Assembly (NCBI RefSeq): GCF_009914755.1
Contig: NC_060925.1
Source: the human T2T-CHM13v2.0 reference genome, Homo sapiens
Reading direction: 5' to 3' (one strand)
DNA: 64,000 nucleotides
In this document: piece after piece, positions 30,401 to 46,689 of the stretch
How the letters are laid out: every line of letters starts with the position of its first letter
Position numbering within the stretch: position 1 is the first letter of the stretch
Notes under the pieces: model-generated
What the model saw: only the letters and a program-made list of their open reading frames with translations
Told to the model about the DNA's origin: nothing
The model's database searches: none
Translations under genes and position numbers: made by a program

Positions 30401-32866
30401 GCTACATTGGGATTGTTGGCAGTTCAAAGGGCAAATGGCAAAAGCATGTCTCACCACGCACCCTGGCCACAGTGCAGATGGAACTCAGCCAAGGGGTTAC
30501 CCAGCTAGAAAGCATTACTGCTTTCCCACTGACCAGGGCAGTCCTGTGGAAGCCTTCAACAGCCCATGTGTTCTTTGCTTTGGTCTTGGGACTTAAGGAT
30601 AAATGAGATGAGGATGGTGGGTAAATGACAAGGGTAGGCACTGTCTTGGGGGCACTGCTTCTCATTCTTGCCCTACAGAGTTCAGGCAACAATCTTCTTG
30701 GGGAGCCCCAAGGAAGGGGGTGGAAAGAGGCTGAAGACAATGGGGGCTTTCAGGAGTCCCCTTAATACCCAGAGAAGCAAGGAGCAGAGCAAAGGTTCAA
30801 ACACCCAGGGGAAAGGAAATCGCTTCTTGATCCCTTCCAAACACAAGGACCATGATCAAAGAATTGCTTGCTGTAGTTATCGCAAAAAGAAAACAACAAC
30901 AGGCCTTCCTGCATTCCTGCCTTTCCATGCCAGGCTGTCCTCTCCCCATGATCGTCCCCACCCCCCAAATCCTGGGGACAATTGAGCTGTGTCTCTGGCA
31001 TGTGTGGAGCTGCAGGTCACGGCCATATTTAACAAGAACATTCATTCTCCACAGGCGCTACAGGGCTCCTCAAAACACCCTTTGTGTCACTGTGCCTTTC
31101 TCTCCACTGCCCTTGACACTAATTTAATCAAGATGTCCTTCTAGCTTGTAGATGGGGTGGACTCGTCAGTTCCGCATTCCTCCTGGCATTAGGGCTTTGC
31201 AGCCAAATATGTAGACTTGAAACCAGCAAGTTGAGATGGGGTCAGGGTCTCCAAGCCAGAGCATGCAGACCTTTTGGGTAAACCCTAGGCATAAAGAGTG
31301 GACTAGCTCTGTGGTATGTTTTTATAATTTTTAGTTAACCCTAAATATTCTGGAGGAGTTGAGAAATATTTTCTTAGGCAAGTATGTAGACATTTAGAAG
31401 CATTTTTTTTTAAAGCAAGAAAAAAGACAAAATTTTATCTCTATATTTTTGGACTCATCAGTACTGTTTCTAGAATGCAGAACTAGAAAAAATAGCTCCT
31501 TGTCACAACTATGCCTGTCCTTTTTCTCCTAGTCTGCACTCTCCATAATTTTGCAAAATCTGAAAACTTCAGTTCTTTCCCAAGAACCAGATTTTAATTC
31601 AGATTTGCCTTCCTTAGCTGTTTCTCTAGACCACAGTCAGTATCCAGAAGAGAATGTCAAAACTGCGGTAGGGAATTTAACCAATAAGGAAAATAAAAAA
31701 ATAAACCATCTAGAGCCCTGGGTCCCCAACCAGGTTACCTGATTCCTGGTCTAATGTTCATTTCCTATGCTGTGGTAGCTCCCAAAGAGGGCATCACTGC
31801 TCATCAGTACCCCTACCCCGGCCCTGAGTTGATTTGTGGACGCCAAGCCAAACATTTGAAGTGTGAGTATTACGGGCCAGAAGGAGTCAAATGCATTTGA
31901 GGAGGGCATGAGGCAGGCCCAGGGAACTCAGACAATCTATCTTAGGAGCTGATTTGAATGTGTGTTGAAATTCTTCTGTCAACCACAGATCCAACTGTCA
32001 TGACCTCCCGCCTGGGACATGTAACTATTCCTTCCATCATCTGCCTGCCAGTTTAATCAGCTCACATCAGCAGCGGCAGAAAAATATTCAAAGGGCTATG
32101 TTTCATGACCCACAAGGGCATTTTCAGAAACCCAGTAAGACTCCAGAATATAAGAGGGGTGTACCCTCTATAGATTTTGGAGCAAAAAGCTCAACTCCCT
32201 ATCCTTAACTCTTTCTCCTCTCGCCTAGGTCAAGTAGGCCATTGACCTGGGGTCAGGAACAACCCTAAGTTCTTAGACCAATTTCAAAGTTATCTTTAAG
32301 TAATGTTATAAACCAAATTAAACTCCCAGTCATGAAAAACTGAAAGGCTCTTTCCAGCTCCCTCACAAAGCTATAGTGCAAAAATTCACCACCCTCAAAT
32401 CAACAAACATATCTTCCATGTTGTTTCTTAAAGTAAGAACTGAGCCACTTCCCTTTTCCCCTCTGTCTTGTTGCCGGCTTGCTTATTTTCTCTCTTTCTC
32501 TGGAAAAGTCAATAAGAAATGCTTCCCTGATACTGTCAAATCATAAGAACATGGCCTACAGCTCTAGGTTTTGTATTAGGGCAAAGAGCAGGCATTCTGA
32601 ACCCAAGAGAGGATACTGCTAAGCCTGAAAGTGGCAAAAGTTTGGGGAAAGGGCTAATGGAAGCAGCCTCTGGGCTACGCAGAACACCATCTCATTTGCT
32701 CACATCCTATAACCAAATGATGAGCACATCCACACTGGAGATTAGAAATAGCTCTCAGCTGAACAACAGGAATTTGGTCCAGGAGAAGCAACACCTTGTG
32801 AAACATCATTTAATGAAACCTACAATATGTTTAATAAAGTCAGCTATTCTTAGAAGAGCAACCCAG

Positions 32867-33168
32867 GGCCGGGTGCAGTGGCTTATGCCTGTAATCTCAG
32901 CAGTTTGGGAGGCCGAGGCGGGTGGATCACCTGAAGTCAAGAGTTCGAGACTAGCCTGGCCAACATAGTGAAACCCTGTCTCTACTAAATATACAAAAAT
33001 TAGCCAGGCATGGTGGCACATACTATAATCCCAGCTACTCGGGAGGCTGAGGCAAGAGAATCACTTGAACCTGGGAGGCGGGGGTTACAGTGAGTCAAGA
33101 TCGCGCACTGCACTCCAGCCTGGGCAACAAGAGCAAAACTCCATCTCAAAAAAAAAAAAAAAAAAAAA
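32867..33168 (+). mobile_element. AluSq/Sx
   Basis: Dimer with TSD aagagcaacccag. Confidence 0.9.
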
Positions 33169-33489
33169 AAGAGCAACCCAGAGGTTATATAGATGCCTGT
33201 TAATCTATAAAAAATGTGATATTTCCCCCCATTTCAGAATTTTTCCAGCATTTAAATCTATAGCACAAAATGTAAACCCTGCTTATTGATTCCAAACATA
33301 GCCTAAATGGCTCTTCTGTCTTCTCTACTCCTCCTCTCACTGCCTTAGATCAGGGCCCCGCTCTTGAATGAACTACTGTAGTAACTTTTTCCCTGTTCTC
33401 ACATCTCTCTCACATCCAAACATTTCAGAGTAATCTTTCTAAAAGGCAAATCTGTCCATGGCACTCTCTTGGTAAAATCCGCTAGTAGA

Positions 33490-34170
33490 ATTGTTTCAGT
33501 TAACAAGCATGCTAAAAATTAGTAAGCAAAGGATGAGGAGAAATAGGATATTTACATAGTATCTTCACAAGACATTTATTACAGTGCAAAGGGGACACCC
33601 ATCCTCACCGAGTAATTAAAATTATCACCATCAGTAATGGGGACAAATCAACGGCAAGTGCCTCCTGATATAACGCACTAAGAAAAATATGACATCGCTT
33701 CTACGGTGTTCTTGCCAAAATTGCTTAAACTGAATCCAATCATGAGGAAACCAAACAAACCAAAATTGAGGAACATTCTACAAAATAACTGACCAGAACT
33801 CTTTAAAACCATGAAAGACAAAGCAAGACAGAGGAACTGTCAGAGATTAGAGGATACTAAGATGACAGTTCACCTCGACATCATGTGTGATCCTAAACTG
33901 AACCCTGAACCAGAAATTTGAATTGGACATTAGCAAGGCAACAAGTGAAATTTCAGTAAGATTGAGAGATTATAGTATTACCTCTGTGTTAATTTCCTGA
34001 TTTTGATCATTGTACTGTGATTATACGAGATTTTTTAAAAATCTCGCCCCCAAATATTGGAAAGATGGGATTTTAACATTTGGGGAATTTGGGTTAAGGG
34101 TACAGAGGAATTTCTGGACTACTTTGCAATCTTTCTTTAAGTCTGAAATTATCTCAAAATAAGAAGTTAA
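33490..34170 (+). mobile_element. L1MC 3' end fragment
   Basis: Typical L1MC3/4 3'UTR motifs (caaattgaggaacattctacaaaataactgacc; ctttaagtctgaaattatctcaaaataa). Confidence 0.7.
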
Positions 34171-36714
34171 AACAATAACATTACAGGGGCTTCTGCTTCA
34201 CTGGCTTCAGGGTATAAGCCCTTTGATGTGGCAGGCAAGGCCCTGCCCACCTCCTCAGCCTCATCGCTTGCCACTCCCCTACAAGGGACCTGTGTGCAGC
34301 CATCCTCACCCACACCACCTGTAGTTCCGGAACGCTTTTCACCTATTATACTTCCTTGCTTTCTGCATAAATGGTTTTATCTCCCAGAAATCCCCTATGC
34401 TCCCCTCTCCTACACTCCCATTCTTCCTAAGATACAAAGGACATCATAAGGCAAACCTCACCTCATATTTCCCTCCACCCAAGAACCCATTATTACACTG
34501 TATCATCATAGCTTATGTGCATGTCTATTTCTCCCACTAGACACTGTATTCAATATCAGGGGCCACGTCAGCCATCTTCATATTTTCAACACATGGCCCA
34601 GAAAGTCAGAAATCTATCTGCCCCAGAGAGTCAGAACTCAATTCACTGTGTATTGAGGAAACATAATGTTTCCACTTAGAACTATCATAATAGCCCAATG
34701 GTTTGCCAAGCACTTTCATAGAAATTCCCTCACTTAATTACAGAATTTCAGAGATAAATCTTAGAGAGATTAGTCCAAACCATTATCTTACAGATTAGAA
34801 AACTAAGTCCTAGACAGGTTACAAAGTTAGGCGGCATTCACAGTCAAAGTTAGGCTGTGAGTCAGTGTGAAACGTAGGATAAGATTCTCATTCCCAGATC
34901 AGGAATTTTTTTTCTTTAATTCATAAACTACAAGAGCCTCTTTCCTCCAACCAACAAATACCACAGGATGTGTACAGGCAGAATTGTCTGGGCCTGGTGT
35001 GGTGCTTGGGGAAAGCATTTAATAAACACTTGCTAAAACGAGCTGAATCACCAGGGAGCAGCACCTCAATTCCTTATTTCACTCAGGTTGAACCTGAACA
35101 AGGTGTGACTCTAAGGTCTAACCTAACCTGACTACATCTTGTGAGGAATGCGCAGCCAGAATACACTAGTCTTAAGTGAGAAGGCCTGATTTTCCAACTA
35201 AGAGATCTCTGATTCAGAGAGCAGGATCCTGGCTTTCCTCCAGGGCTGATGGGAGGATGAGGCAGACACTGCATAGCCCCGAGCTATGTGGTATCAGGCC
35301 AGAGGCAACAAGCTCAGATCACTTCCTTACATCTAACCTGGGGAGGAAGCCCATCCAGTGTGTCAGAAATCATCTGCTCTGATTACAACAGCCTTTTTAA
35401 TCTTCCTGGCCCAAGAGGGGATACGCACTGATAACTTTAATAATGCCAGCAGGTACAATTAATTTCCATTCCCACTATTTCCCACTCTTCGTATGAAGGG
35501 GACTGGAAGGATGGAATTAGATTCCACTGGGGCTTCAGCCTGCAGCTTGAGACAGACTGCCTGACACTCAGCAGGGAAAACCTCATCTTGTGTTTCATCA
35601 GAAGGACCAATGCTGATATATCAATGTTTGAAAAATCTGTGTGGCCTTAAGCACAGGGGTAATTCTTTTGTGGTTGGGTAACAATGACTACAAAATTAAA
35701 TTAAATTAAATAACAAAGCCAAGACAGGATTTGATATGAGTCTAATGAACAGTTATTAAGCAAGATTTAATCAAAATGATACTGAAGTATTTTCCATTGT
35801 TTCCAAGAAGAATATCTATTTTATCAGTCAACACGTCCTGCATTTAGTGTATCTCTAAAGTAAAGTTTTTTGTGACTCTTTCAAGAATTTTTCTTAAATT
35901 AAAAACTTAAAGTCAGCTAGAAAAGGATATCTTGATTTATGTAACATTTCTCTTCCAAAGCAGTTTCCTATCCTTTGTCATTGTTATCCTCACAGGATCT
36001 CCAGGAGGCAAAGTGGGCAAGAAGTATGCTTCTTGTTCAGTTTATAGATGGGCACATGGGAGTCTGGGAAAGTCAAATTTTTGTGTAGGATTCACAAGAA
36101 GGTAATGCAGGAGTTGGAAGTAAATTTGTTTTTAATTCTCTGTCTCAGGCTTACCCTGTTATATTCCTTCTCCTTATTAGCTGAAACGGCAAGAAAAGTG
36201 CTTAAAATTTTAAAGGAGGTTAAGTTGTAGGCACCACAGTTTCCCAAGATTCTAAAACCCAAATCTAATGACATTTGTTCAGTTCCCATTCTTCCTGACC
36301 CCTTCATAGAACTCATCATTGAGTCTTCTTCTCTCTTAAGTCCTTTGAGCCATATTACTCTCATTTTCCTTTTGCCCATTTTAATTTGTTCTTCTCTCTT
36401 CTTTGCTAGCTCTTCAAAGTCTTCTTTCTAGGCCTCAACTACCCTTTACTCTGAATACCCTTTCATGACCTCAACTGGTCTTTTGTGTGGTTAATTTTCA
36501 AGTCTTCTTCTAGCTCTTGCCCTCACTAAACCTTCCCTTTACCATGTCTAAAGCTGAAGTCAGAAATATGGTATGTACTGGACAGAGCAGTGAGTAGAAT
36601 TTAGAAGACCTGGTAGTTTCAGTCACATCTCAACTACTACCTAACTGGGTAAACTAAGGCAAGTTACTTCTCATTGGCTCTCAGATTCTTCATGAATTAC
36701 AGGGCTTGACTAGA

Positions 36715-37590
36715 ATCAGTGGCTCTTCCACACACTTCCCTCAATAAATGGCAATTCCAACTTCGAATCGTTCAGGCCAGAATGCTTGGGGTCATCTTTG
36801 ACTGCTATTTTTTTCATACACCATATCAATCAAGCAGCAAATCCTATTGGCTCCATCTTCAAAATATATCCCAGAATTTGACCACTTCTCACCATCTCCA
36901 AAGCTCCACCCTGTTTCAATCCACTATGATTTCCTGCCCTAATTATTTATAGAAGCTCCCTTAATTGGTCTTCCCTTGCTGCTTCCACCCTACTCCTCCT
37001 AAAGCACTCTCTTCACACAGAAGCTGGAATAATCCCATTTAAACAGAAGTCAGACTGTATCATGCCTCTCCAGTCCTCCAGTAGCCTCCAAGGCCCTTCC
37101 TGAAGAAACCTGCTCGCTGCCCCAGACCACATCTCCCACCACTCTTCCTCTTGCCTACTCTGTACAAGGTCTCCTTACTGTTTCTCAAACCAGATAAGCG
37201 CATTCCCATCTCATGGCCTTAGATGTGCACTATTATCTCTGCCTGAAATACCTTCCTCAAAGAGCTAAACAGCAAAATCCCTCATTTCCTCCAAGAATCA
37301 GTTCCAATGCCAATTTATCAGTGAAGCCGTCTCTGACCACCCTATATAAAAGAGCAATATCCCTTGTACCCCATCCTCTTTGCCCTGTTTCATTTTATCA
37401 TCATCTGATATATTATATATTTACTTTTTTATGTATTATCTGTTTCAACTATTAGAATATAAGCTCCATGAAGGCAAGAACTTTTTGTTATCTGCTATAT
37501 TCCAGTGCCTAGCACAGTGCCTGGAACATGGGAGGCACACTGTAAATATCTGCTGAATGACTAAGTGAACTGCTGAATGACTAAGTTGAA
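36715..37590 (+). mobile_element. L2 3' fragment
   Basis: L2 3' terminus cctagcacagtgcctggaacatgggagg...tgctgaatga, plus upstream L2 motifs. Confidence 0.75.
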
Positions 37591-39217
37591 TGACCTCCTC
37601 CCACCTCATGTCAGGCCACTCAGTCCTGTCTATAATGTCTTTCCTCTGCCTTCTGGTAAATCTAATTCTTTTAGTTCCCATTGTCATTATCCAAGTTTCT
37701 ATTATCCCTCTGAATTATTGTAGCAGGCTCCTATATAGTTTCTTCCATGCTAAACCACACTGAGTACTGCTGCCAATGCCACTGGAAATCATGGTTTTCA
37801 AGATTTCATTGCCCTGCCTAAAATTGTCAATGGCTCTCTTTGACCTGTAGTTTGAACTCCTTGGACTGGCATTCAAAGCCTTCTATACTCAGGCTTCAGG
37901 CTATTTCCACATATTTCTCCCATTGCTGGTCAAAAGGAAGTCTCTGCTGTCAGACTGTCCTCATGAGTGACATCTCTAATGGGGACAAAGAGGCAGGAAA
38001 GGAACTTGGAATCAGATAATATGGAAATCTTCAAAAGATATTTCTGTAAGATAAGAAACAGATGGCTAATTGAGAATCCTGGAAGCAGGTAATTAAAATA
38101 ACATCGGCCCAATTCTTTCCCCTCTATGAAGCTCTCCTGACTTACTTTTCATGAATCTGTTTTTTTTCCAAGATCCTATAGACAACAAATTGTCTGTACG
38201 ACTCATTACATTGCTATCTAAATTGTAACCTGCTTTGGGAGTCTATGGTCTGTCTTTCACCTGAGATGTAAGAAATCTAAGATCTTGAACCATGTTTTAA
38301 GCTTGCTCTGCAGGCCTTTTATACTGCCAACTTGAATACCGAGCAATTACAGACAATAAAATAATATTATTAAACTCAACTGAATGGGTTGGTAGTGGTT
38401 ATTTGTGGTCCTGAATTTGAGTAAAGCAATACTTTTTTTTTTTCCTTCAGTCCCTGAAAGCTCAGGTAGACTATGTGGTTTTCCTTGCCTGAGAACTTAA
38501 AGGTCCAGAAAGACCACTGACTCTGAGAGCAGCAAAAAGAGAATGCTTTTTCTACTCTCCACCCTCAAAATGAACATCAAAAGAAAAACAAGGTCATGGG
38601 AAGAGGCAAGGCAGGAAGGGATGCAATGCTTATGTGGTCAGATGGCTTGGATTATCTTGGCTTTGGAGAAGAGATGATTAAAGTTGGAGACTGGATCGCC
38701 CAGTTTGTTCTCTGTATTTCCTTTCTAGCCTATATGATAATATACCGCTAAAAAAAGATTAGCTTAGAGATTGCAAAGACCACCCTAGCTGGGCGAAGGC
38801 ACAAGACACACGCTCTTCTGCATGAACACAACCAGATACCTTCTGACCATAACATAACTTTGCAGAGCACTTTGTTCCCAGGTTTTACTGATGCCTATAG
38901 CATTCTGAGAAGGAACAGTGAGGGTATGAGTAATTTCATTAGTGTAAAGATGAGGAAAGTGAAACTCAGCATGGTGAAAGAACTCCACTGAGCCAGCCAG
39001 GGCCCAGGCTCAGGCGTAGCACTGATTCTCAACTAAGCTCTAAGACAATGAGCAAGACAGAAGAGGAAGAAAAAGGGAAAGCAGCAGGGGGAAAAACCCT
39101 CTCTCCTTACCTTATATTAAATGGAAGTAGGGTATTTCCAAATGAAAGCCTTGGCTACCTAGTCATCCTAAAAATAAGTGATTTCCAAAAAGACAACGAG
39201 ATTTTTAATTGCTTCTA

Positions 39218-39602
<385 letters not shown>

Positions 39603-40729
39603 CTATGGGACAGCCAGACTACAGACTGCTGTATGATCATATAGGCAACATTTAAAAGAAGATGCAATGACATGATAAAAATGCTTCTCCAAATGTTAAA
39701 TGAAAAAAATTACACTAAGCTTAATATATAATGTAACTCTCATTTTTAAAAAAAATGTGTATAAAAAAGATTGGAAGGAAATACATCAAAATGTTAATCA
39801 TGATTCCAAGTAATTATTATTTTCTTTTTATTATGTTTTTACCCACAATATCTTGAAAAAAACACGTTACTACTTTTTAAAATTTTTTCTTTTCTTTCAT
39901 AGCCTTAACTGAAGCTCAGTATTACTTTAACAATTGAAAAAACCCTAAGCTGAAGGGTTTTTTGTTTGTTTGCTTCCAAATTAAAGGAAAACTGAAATAA
40001 AAAATAGAAGATGTTACTTCTCAGTCCTGTCCCTGGGCCTTACTAATAACTACTTAGCTTACCAAGAGGATGATTCTGGGAGCTCTTGAGACCATGAAGA
40101 GGGATGGTCTGAGGTTCCTATGGTCTTTTAAACAATTAGTGCAAAGAATTCAAATTAATCTATAACTGGAAGTTTCATATTGAGTAAATGCTGGGAGAAG
40201 CTGGATGTAGACCCAAATGATTTGTAGAGAACAGAGAAAAAGGAAAAAAAGAAAAAGAAAACAAAACAAAAAACCCCAAGGGCTGGGCTTAAAAGCAAAG
40301 AAAGGTAGGATCTAGTAGAAAAACTAAAAGACCAGAGAAAGTCCAGTATTGTAAGGAAAGAAGATGAAAATGAAAAAAAACTGAAGACGCTGTGTCAAAA
40401 GGAGGAAAACTTAAATTTTGTCCTCACTTTAAATAAAAATCATGCTCAGACAAGCAGGGAGGAATTCAAAGGAAAAGTCTTGACAAAGATAAATAGGGGA
40501 GTCAACAGAAGCCTGTCCTGCAACAAGGGAGGCTAAAGTCAAAGGTGTTACTCTCTCTCTGGACAAGCTGGGCAAGAAGCAGAATCAGAATAGCACAATG
40601 GAAATTCTGACCTGACAGAAGCACAGCAACGTATGACTGCAGAATGCATGAGTCATTAATTCCCTGCACAAGCACTGGTTCTTTAGCTTACCAATATGAC
40701 TGCCACCTTCCTACATGCAAGGCAGCAGA

Positions 40730-40965
40730 GCATGATGATGTGAAGAGATCAGGGGAAGCCAACTGCCTAGGCTTGAATCCCATTTCTCCCATCAACCAGC
40801 TGTATAATCTTCAGTAAATTGCTTAAACCCTTTGCCCATGCTCTTATCTACAAATGGGGATGATAAAACCAGTACTCATCTCAAAGTGTCGTTGTGATGA
40901 GATTAAATAGGTTAATACATGTAAAACACCTAGCACAGTCCCTAGGCATGGTTAGCATTCATTTA
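40730..40965 (+). mobile_element. MIR
   Basis: MIR core and 3' end (aatacatgtaaaacacctagcacagt). Confidence 0.7.
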
Positions 40966-41149
40966 GAATTATGCTTTTTTTAAAAAAATTATTGCTGTGA
41001 TTCTTAATAATAACAAATTGACACCTTGTCAGCTTGCACACTATTCGTGTGTGTGGTTTCTCCCAAGACTAATACGTTTTTACAAACTACTATTTGCATG
41101 GTGCCTGATGAGCTGTATTAACAATCCTCTCCTTTTCTCAGAGAGGCAT

Positions 41150-41479
<330 letters not shown>

Positions 41480-42257
41480 TAGTCAAGTAAGAGAGGTACA
41501 GAGATGACAAAAAGTAACTTGTCTAAAATTATCAACTGATACTAAAATTATCAGATGAATGACTGAACTGGCACCCAATATTTGTAGGCTGGCACCATGA
41601 ATAACACCTTACAATCAGGTTTCTATCATGTGATTTAAAAAATGTAACTAGAAAATGGAAGGGTCAGACTATCACAGCCCTATTCTAGAGGGTGCCAATA
41701 TTAGCATCACTATCGGTAGACTAACTAGATGTTATGTATTTCCTGCTCTGATGCTACATGAAGTACTAACATCACTTATTATGCATTCTAAGTCACTTGA
41801 ATCCACTTGGACCTTTAGAACCAACTTCCAATTTACAGGAAATATGGGATACGGGCAGAAGCTTAACAACACAAGTAAACAACCAGACAAATCTAGAAGA
41901 TGGGAGATTTTGCAGGACATCTGGCTTGGTCTCTTCAACAAATCAGTTTCATGGAAAGAAAATAATACTAGATTAAAGTACACTTAAGGGACATAAAACT
42001 GTGTGCATTAGATACTGGCTTGGACAAACTAGTTGTCAAAGAGATTTTTTGAGTAATTAATTAAATCTTTACATGGCCTGGGTATTAGATGAGACAAAAG
42101 TTTATTGAAATGTAAAGGAGAAGGTCTTGACTAAAACAGTAGATTACAAAATAGTATGTACAATAAATCTGTTTTTTATATCATATTTTTGCTTTCTGTA
42201 TTTTTAAATTTTCTATAACATACATCTACTATAAAATTTAAAAGATTATTCAAAAGA

Positions 42258-42420
42258 ATAGAGAAAAGGAAGGGAGGGAGGAAACAAGGAGAGGGAGAAG
42301 GAAAGAGGAAAAGGAAGAGAGAAAGGAGAGGGAAGAGAAGGCAGAGGGGAGAAGGAAGGGGGGGAGGGAGAGAGACAGAGGAGGGAGAGAAGGAGAGAGA
42401 GAGAGAAAGAGAGAGAAAAG
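42258..42420 (+). repeat. GA-rich low-complexity polypurine tract
   Basis: About 160 nt that are almost purely A/G. Confidence 0.9.
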
Positions 42421-43097
42421 GTTTTGAATTCACTATTCTTAAAGCCTGGCTTGTGACCAGGTTCAACCATACACTGGAAAGAATAACTTCCCATTATAAT
42501 GTTCATAGCAGCATTATTTATAACATACATAATAGCCTCAAACTGAAAACTATCCAAATGCCATCAACAGTTGAACAGATAAAACTAAAAGTCTCATGTC
42601 CTAGGAACCCCCTCAGCCCAAGGCAAACAGGATAGTTGGTCGTCTTAGGTGCTGCCCACTGTAAGGAAGATAGAATTTGGCATTCAAAGCCTGCCAAGTT
42701 AGAGGGGCTTGATAAACATCTTGGGTTTCCCATGGAAACCCCAGAAAGGCCATGCCTTAAGTATACAGTATTTTCTAAGACGAAGGGCAAAACCAAAATA
42801 TACCCACTGTAATGAAGTATAAAGCCAAGCCCCCACAAGATCAAGGTGATCAACCAGTAATTTAATAGCCTCCTAGAATAAAACTTCATAATCTTCAGAG
42901 GAAGATAAGTACATCTAGAGTTTCTATGACATATTATCTATGATGTCCAATATGCAATAAAAGATTAGTAGGCATGTAAAAAAAAGTCAAGAGGAAAATC
43001 AATAAACAGACCCACAGATAATGTCAATGTTAAAAATAGCAAACAAGAATTTTTAAGTAATTGCCAACTATGTTTTAAAAATATCCATACAATAATT

Positions 43098-43330
43098 TGG
43101 AGGCTGAAGGGGAAGGATCATTTGAGCCCCAGAGTTCAAGCCTAGCCTGGGCACCACAGCGAGACCCCATCTCTAAAAAAATTAGCCAAGCATGATGGTA
43201 CACACCTGTAGTATCAGACACATGAGAAGCTGAGGTGGGAGGATCACTTGAGCCCAGGAGTCTGAGGGTAGGGTGAGCTATGATCACACCACTGTACTCC
43301 AACCTGGGTGACAAAGTGAGTCTCCATCTC

Positions 43331-43358
<28 letters not shown>
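43098..43358 (+). mobile_element. AluJ, 5'-truncated
   Basis: Diverged dimer with poly-A. Confidence 0.85.
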
Positions 43359-43362
<4 letters not shown>

Positions 43363-43363
43363 A

Positions 43364-43807
<444 letters not shown>

Positions 43808-44178
43808 TAAACTTTAGAAATCATCTAAACTAAAGCATACAGAAAACAAAAATTTGAAAAAAATGGACAGAACATTAACAAGCTGTGGGACTGAATCAAG
43901 TAGTCTAACATACATGCAATTGATAACAAAGCAAAACAGGAAGGAGAGATGGGACAGAAAAAAATATTTGCCAAAAATTTTTCTCAAATTGAGGAAAAAT
44001 TTGATATTTTTCCTACAATTTCTACAAATTAGATATTTGACAGATCAGGGATTGTCTGGATATTATATTTAACCAAGCCAAAGGAATACAATGAAAACCA
44101 CGCTTACACTCTTATGATAATCAAAGAACTAAAAACCAAAGATAATGAATAAATATTGGAAGCAGCCAAATAAAGAAG

Positions 44179-44368
44179 GGCTGGGCATGGCAGCTCACGC
44201 CTGTAATCCCACCACTTTGGGAGGCCAAGATGGAAGGACTGGGATTGCTTGAGCACAGAAGTTTGAGTCTACAGTGAGCTGTAATCATGCAACAGGACTC
44301 CAGCCTGGGGGACAGAGACTCCATCTCTTTAAAACAAACAAACAAACAAACAAACAAACAAACAAAAA
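44179..44368 (+). mobile_element. Internally deleted AluJ with an (AAAC)n tail
   Basis: The Alu start is fused to the end of the right arm. Confidence 0.75.
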
Positions 44369-46689
44369 GATGATATATTACATACAAGTAAGCAATAATA
44401 AGAACCTAAGAACCACAGCTGATTTCTCATCAGAAATAATGGAGGCCAGAAGGCAAGTGAATTACATATTCAAGTTGTTGAAAAAAATTATCTGATTCCA
44501 TTTACACAAACAAATTTTTAAATGGGCAAATACTTATATTGTGTTAGAAGTCAGGATAATGGTTACCCTTCAGAGAGTAATGACTTGAAGTGGAGAGAAG
44601 GAGGGTTCATGGGATACTAGTAACATTCTTTCTTCATCTGGGTGCTGATTACATAGCTGTATTCAGTTTGTAAAAATTCATTGAGCTGTACACTTTATAA
44701 TATGTGTACTTTCTCTAAGTATTTTATACTTTCATAAATAGTTTAGGAAAAAAACTTTGCAAAAATAGATGAAAGGTTCAGAGAAAATACACATCTAGGG
44801 CCTACTACAGTGGGAGGTATTCACAGTGTGAATTTTACGAAAGGTTACTATTATTACTTTGTCATCATCATCATCCCACAGAAAGTTTTGAGAGACCTAA
44901 ATAAACCAAAAACCCCAAGCTCCCTTGGGAGGCAAATCTTACTCCTCAATTTGATTTTCAAGCTCTTTTAAGCACCTAGCAGCATAATGCTGTGCATGCA
45001 GTATTCACTAAAATACTTATTGACTGTATAATCTCCTAATTTAGGGTAGTATTCCAATACAAGGTTGCATATGGACACTTTTATTTTTTGTCTACTGCAC
45101 CTCTCTTTCCCATATTCCATTTCCCATATTCCATTCCTCGTCTTCAGATTCCCTTAATAATCCTTTGATTTATACAAATCGAAGTACTATTATACTTTTG
45201 AAAGTTCTAAATATAGCACCTTGAGCTCTTTTAGAAAAGGCAGATACCTAAGAACTAAAACACCAAAAAGGCAAACACACAAACTAACCTAAGCAAAAGA
45301 CTACAGACATCTTTGATGCACACATTCCCTTTGAGCTGCACCTTCCTAAGTCTAAATAAAAGCCTGGACCACCCAGAGAGCAGCCTCAAGGGAGAGCACA
45401 CAGATGCTGCTGACCCAGTGTCACAGAAACCAAAGCTAAAACACCCCCAACAGCACGAGCTGCAAAGCTCCCCTCGGTGTTGGCTTTGGCAGCAAACCTG
45501 ACGCCCCTTATCAGCAGAGATACCTTTGAAGTAGCTGGCAGCCTTCCATCCCCTACTCAAATAAGCTCAGCTTCACATTCTATTCTTTTCTCCAAAGAGG
45601 ATCTTTTCATCAGATATGAGAGAATAAAGCTCAATTAATTAGAACAGATTTTTGCTACCAACAAGATAAACTGGGCAACTGGAACAGCTGTCTGTAAAGC
45701 ACTGTGCAAACGCTGTTAGTGACCATGCTATAATGTGGAGGAAATTCAGTCCAATCACAGATACTGAGTTCAGACGAGCAGGAGGGATATGGTAGACGGG
45801 GAAGGGAGGGAGGGTTAAATCACTCATCTACTCCTTCTCCCAAAGAGTTAAACCCTTTCTTAAGGGGGCAGAGCACAGGGACACAACCTTTGGAAAACCA
45901 TTCTTTTCCTCCATTCATTCAATCCACAGCACTTACCAGGGACATTCAACTATACCAGCATTGTGGGTCACCACTTCTCCTCTTCTTATTTATGACCATC
46001 ACACCACCCAAAATGCCTTCTCACAGTTTCATCATCCACTCTTCTCACACATGCCAAACAGCTGGACTCAAGACACGCCATAGGAAATCCTATCTCAGTC
46101 CAAACGGATACCAAACAGATAGGTAACATGCACTGCTTTTAGTTTTAAATCTCATTTATCCTTTTTAACTACCAGATTCATTTCCTTCGTGCCAAAAGAA
46201 ATCTGACTGTTGTGGCAATTCTCTTGTGACTGATTCACTAATGGCAAAAGGACACGTTTAACATCTCCAAGACCCTGGAGAAAAGTATTAACTGAGCCTC
46301 TTACATTCCTTCCTCAGCACTCTTCTTGCATTCCCCACTTCCTGCAGTGTGAAGGAAGCCAGATTCACCCTTTGTCACCAGATTTATTTATCTGAAGCTA
46401 ACTTCACCCTTCATCACCCTCCAAGAATAAAGTAGGAAACCACAATGGGTTGCCTAGAGAAACTAGCCTAGATGCTTTAACACTGTCTGTTGCAGAGGCA
46501 AACATGGCTCACATACAGATAGACAGGATCTTAGGGCATCAGATATTCTCTGTGCTCTGCAGTTTCCCCAAGATGGAAAACAGTGCAGCAGTGATTCTCA
46601 GCCCTAGCTGTAGGCAACAATCACCCAGGCCCTACTCCAGAGATTCTGACTAAATCATGCTGGGGTAGGGTCTTGGCATGGGTATTTTT

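Noticed and set aside
30399-31127. Cluster of overlapping 65-112 aa ORFs on both strands
   Set aside because: No recognisable domain or convincing splice and phase support. Such clusters are expected by chance in moderately GC-rich unique intron.
46449-46463. X-box-like GTTGCCTAGAGAAAC
   Set aside because: A single imperfect motif with no supporting context.
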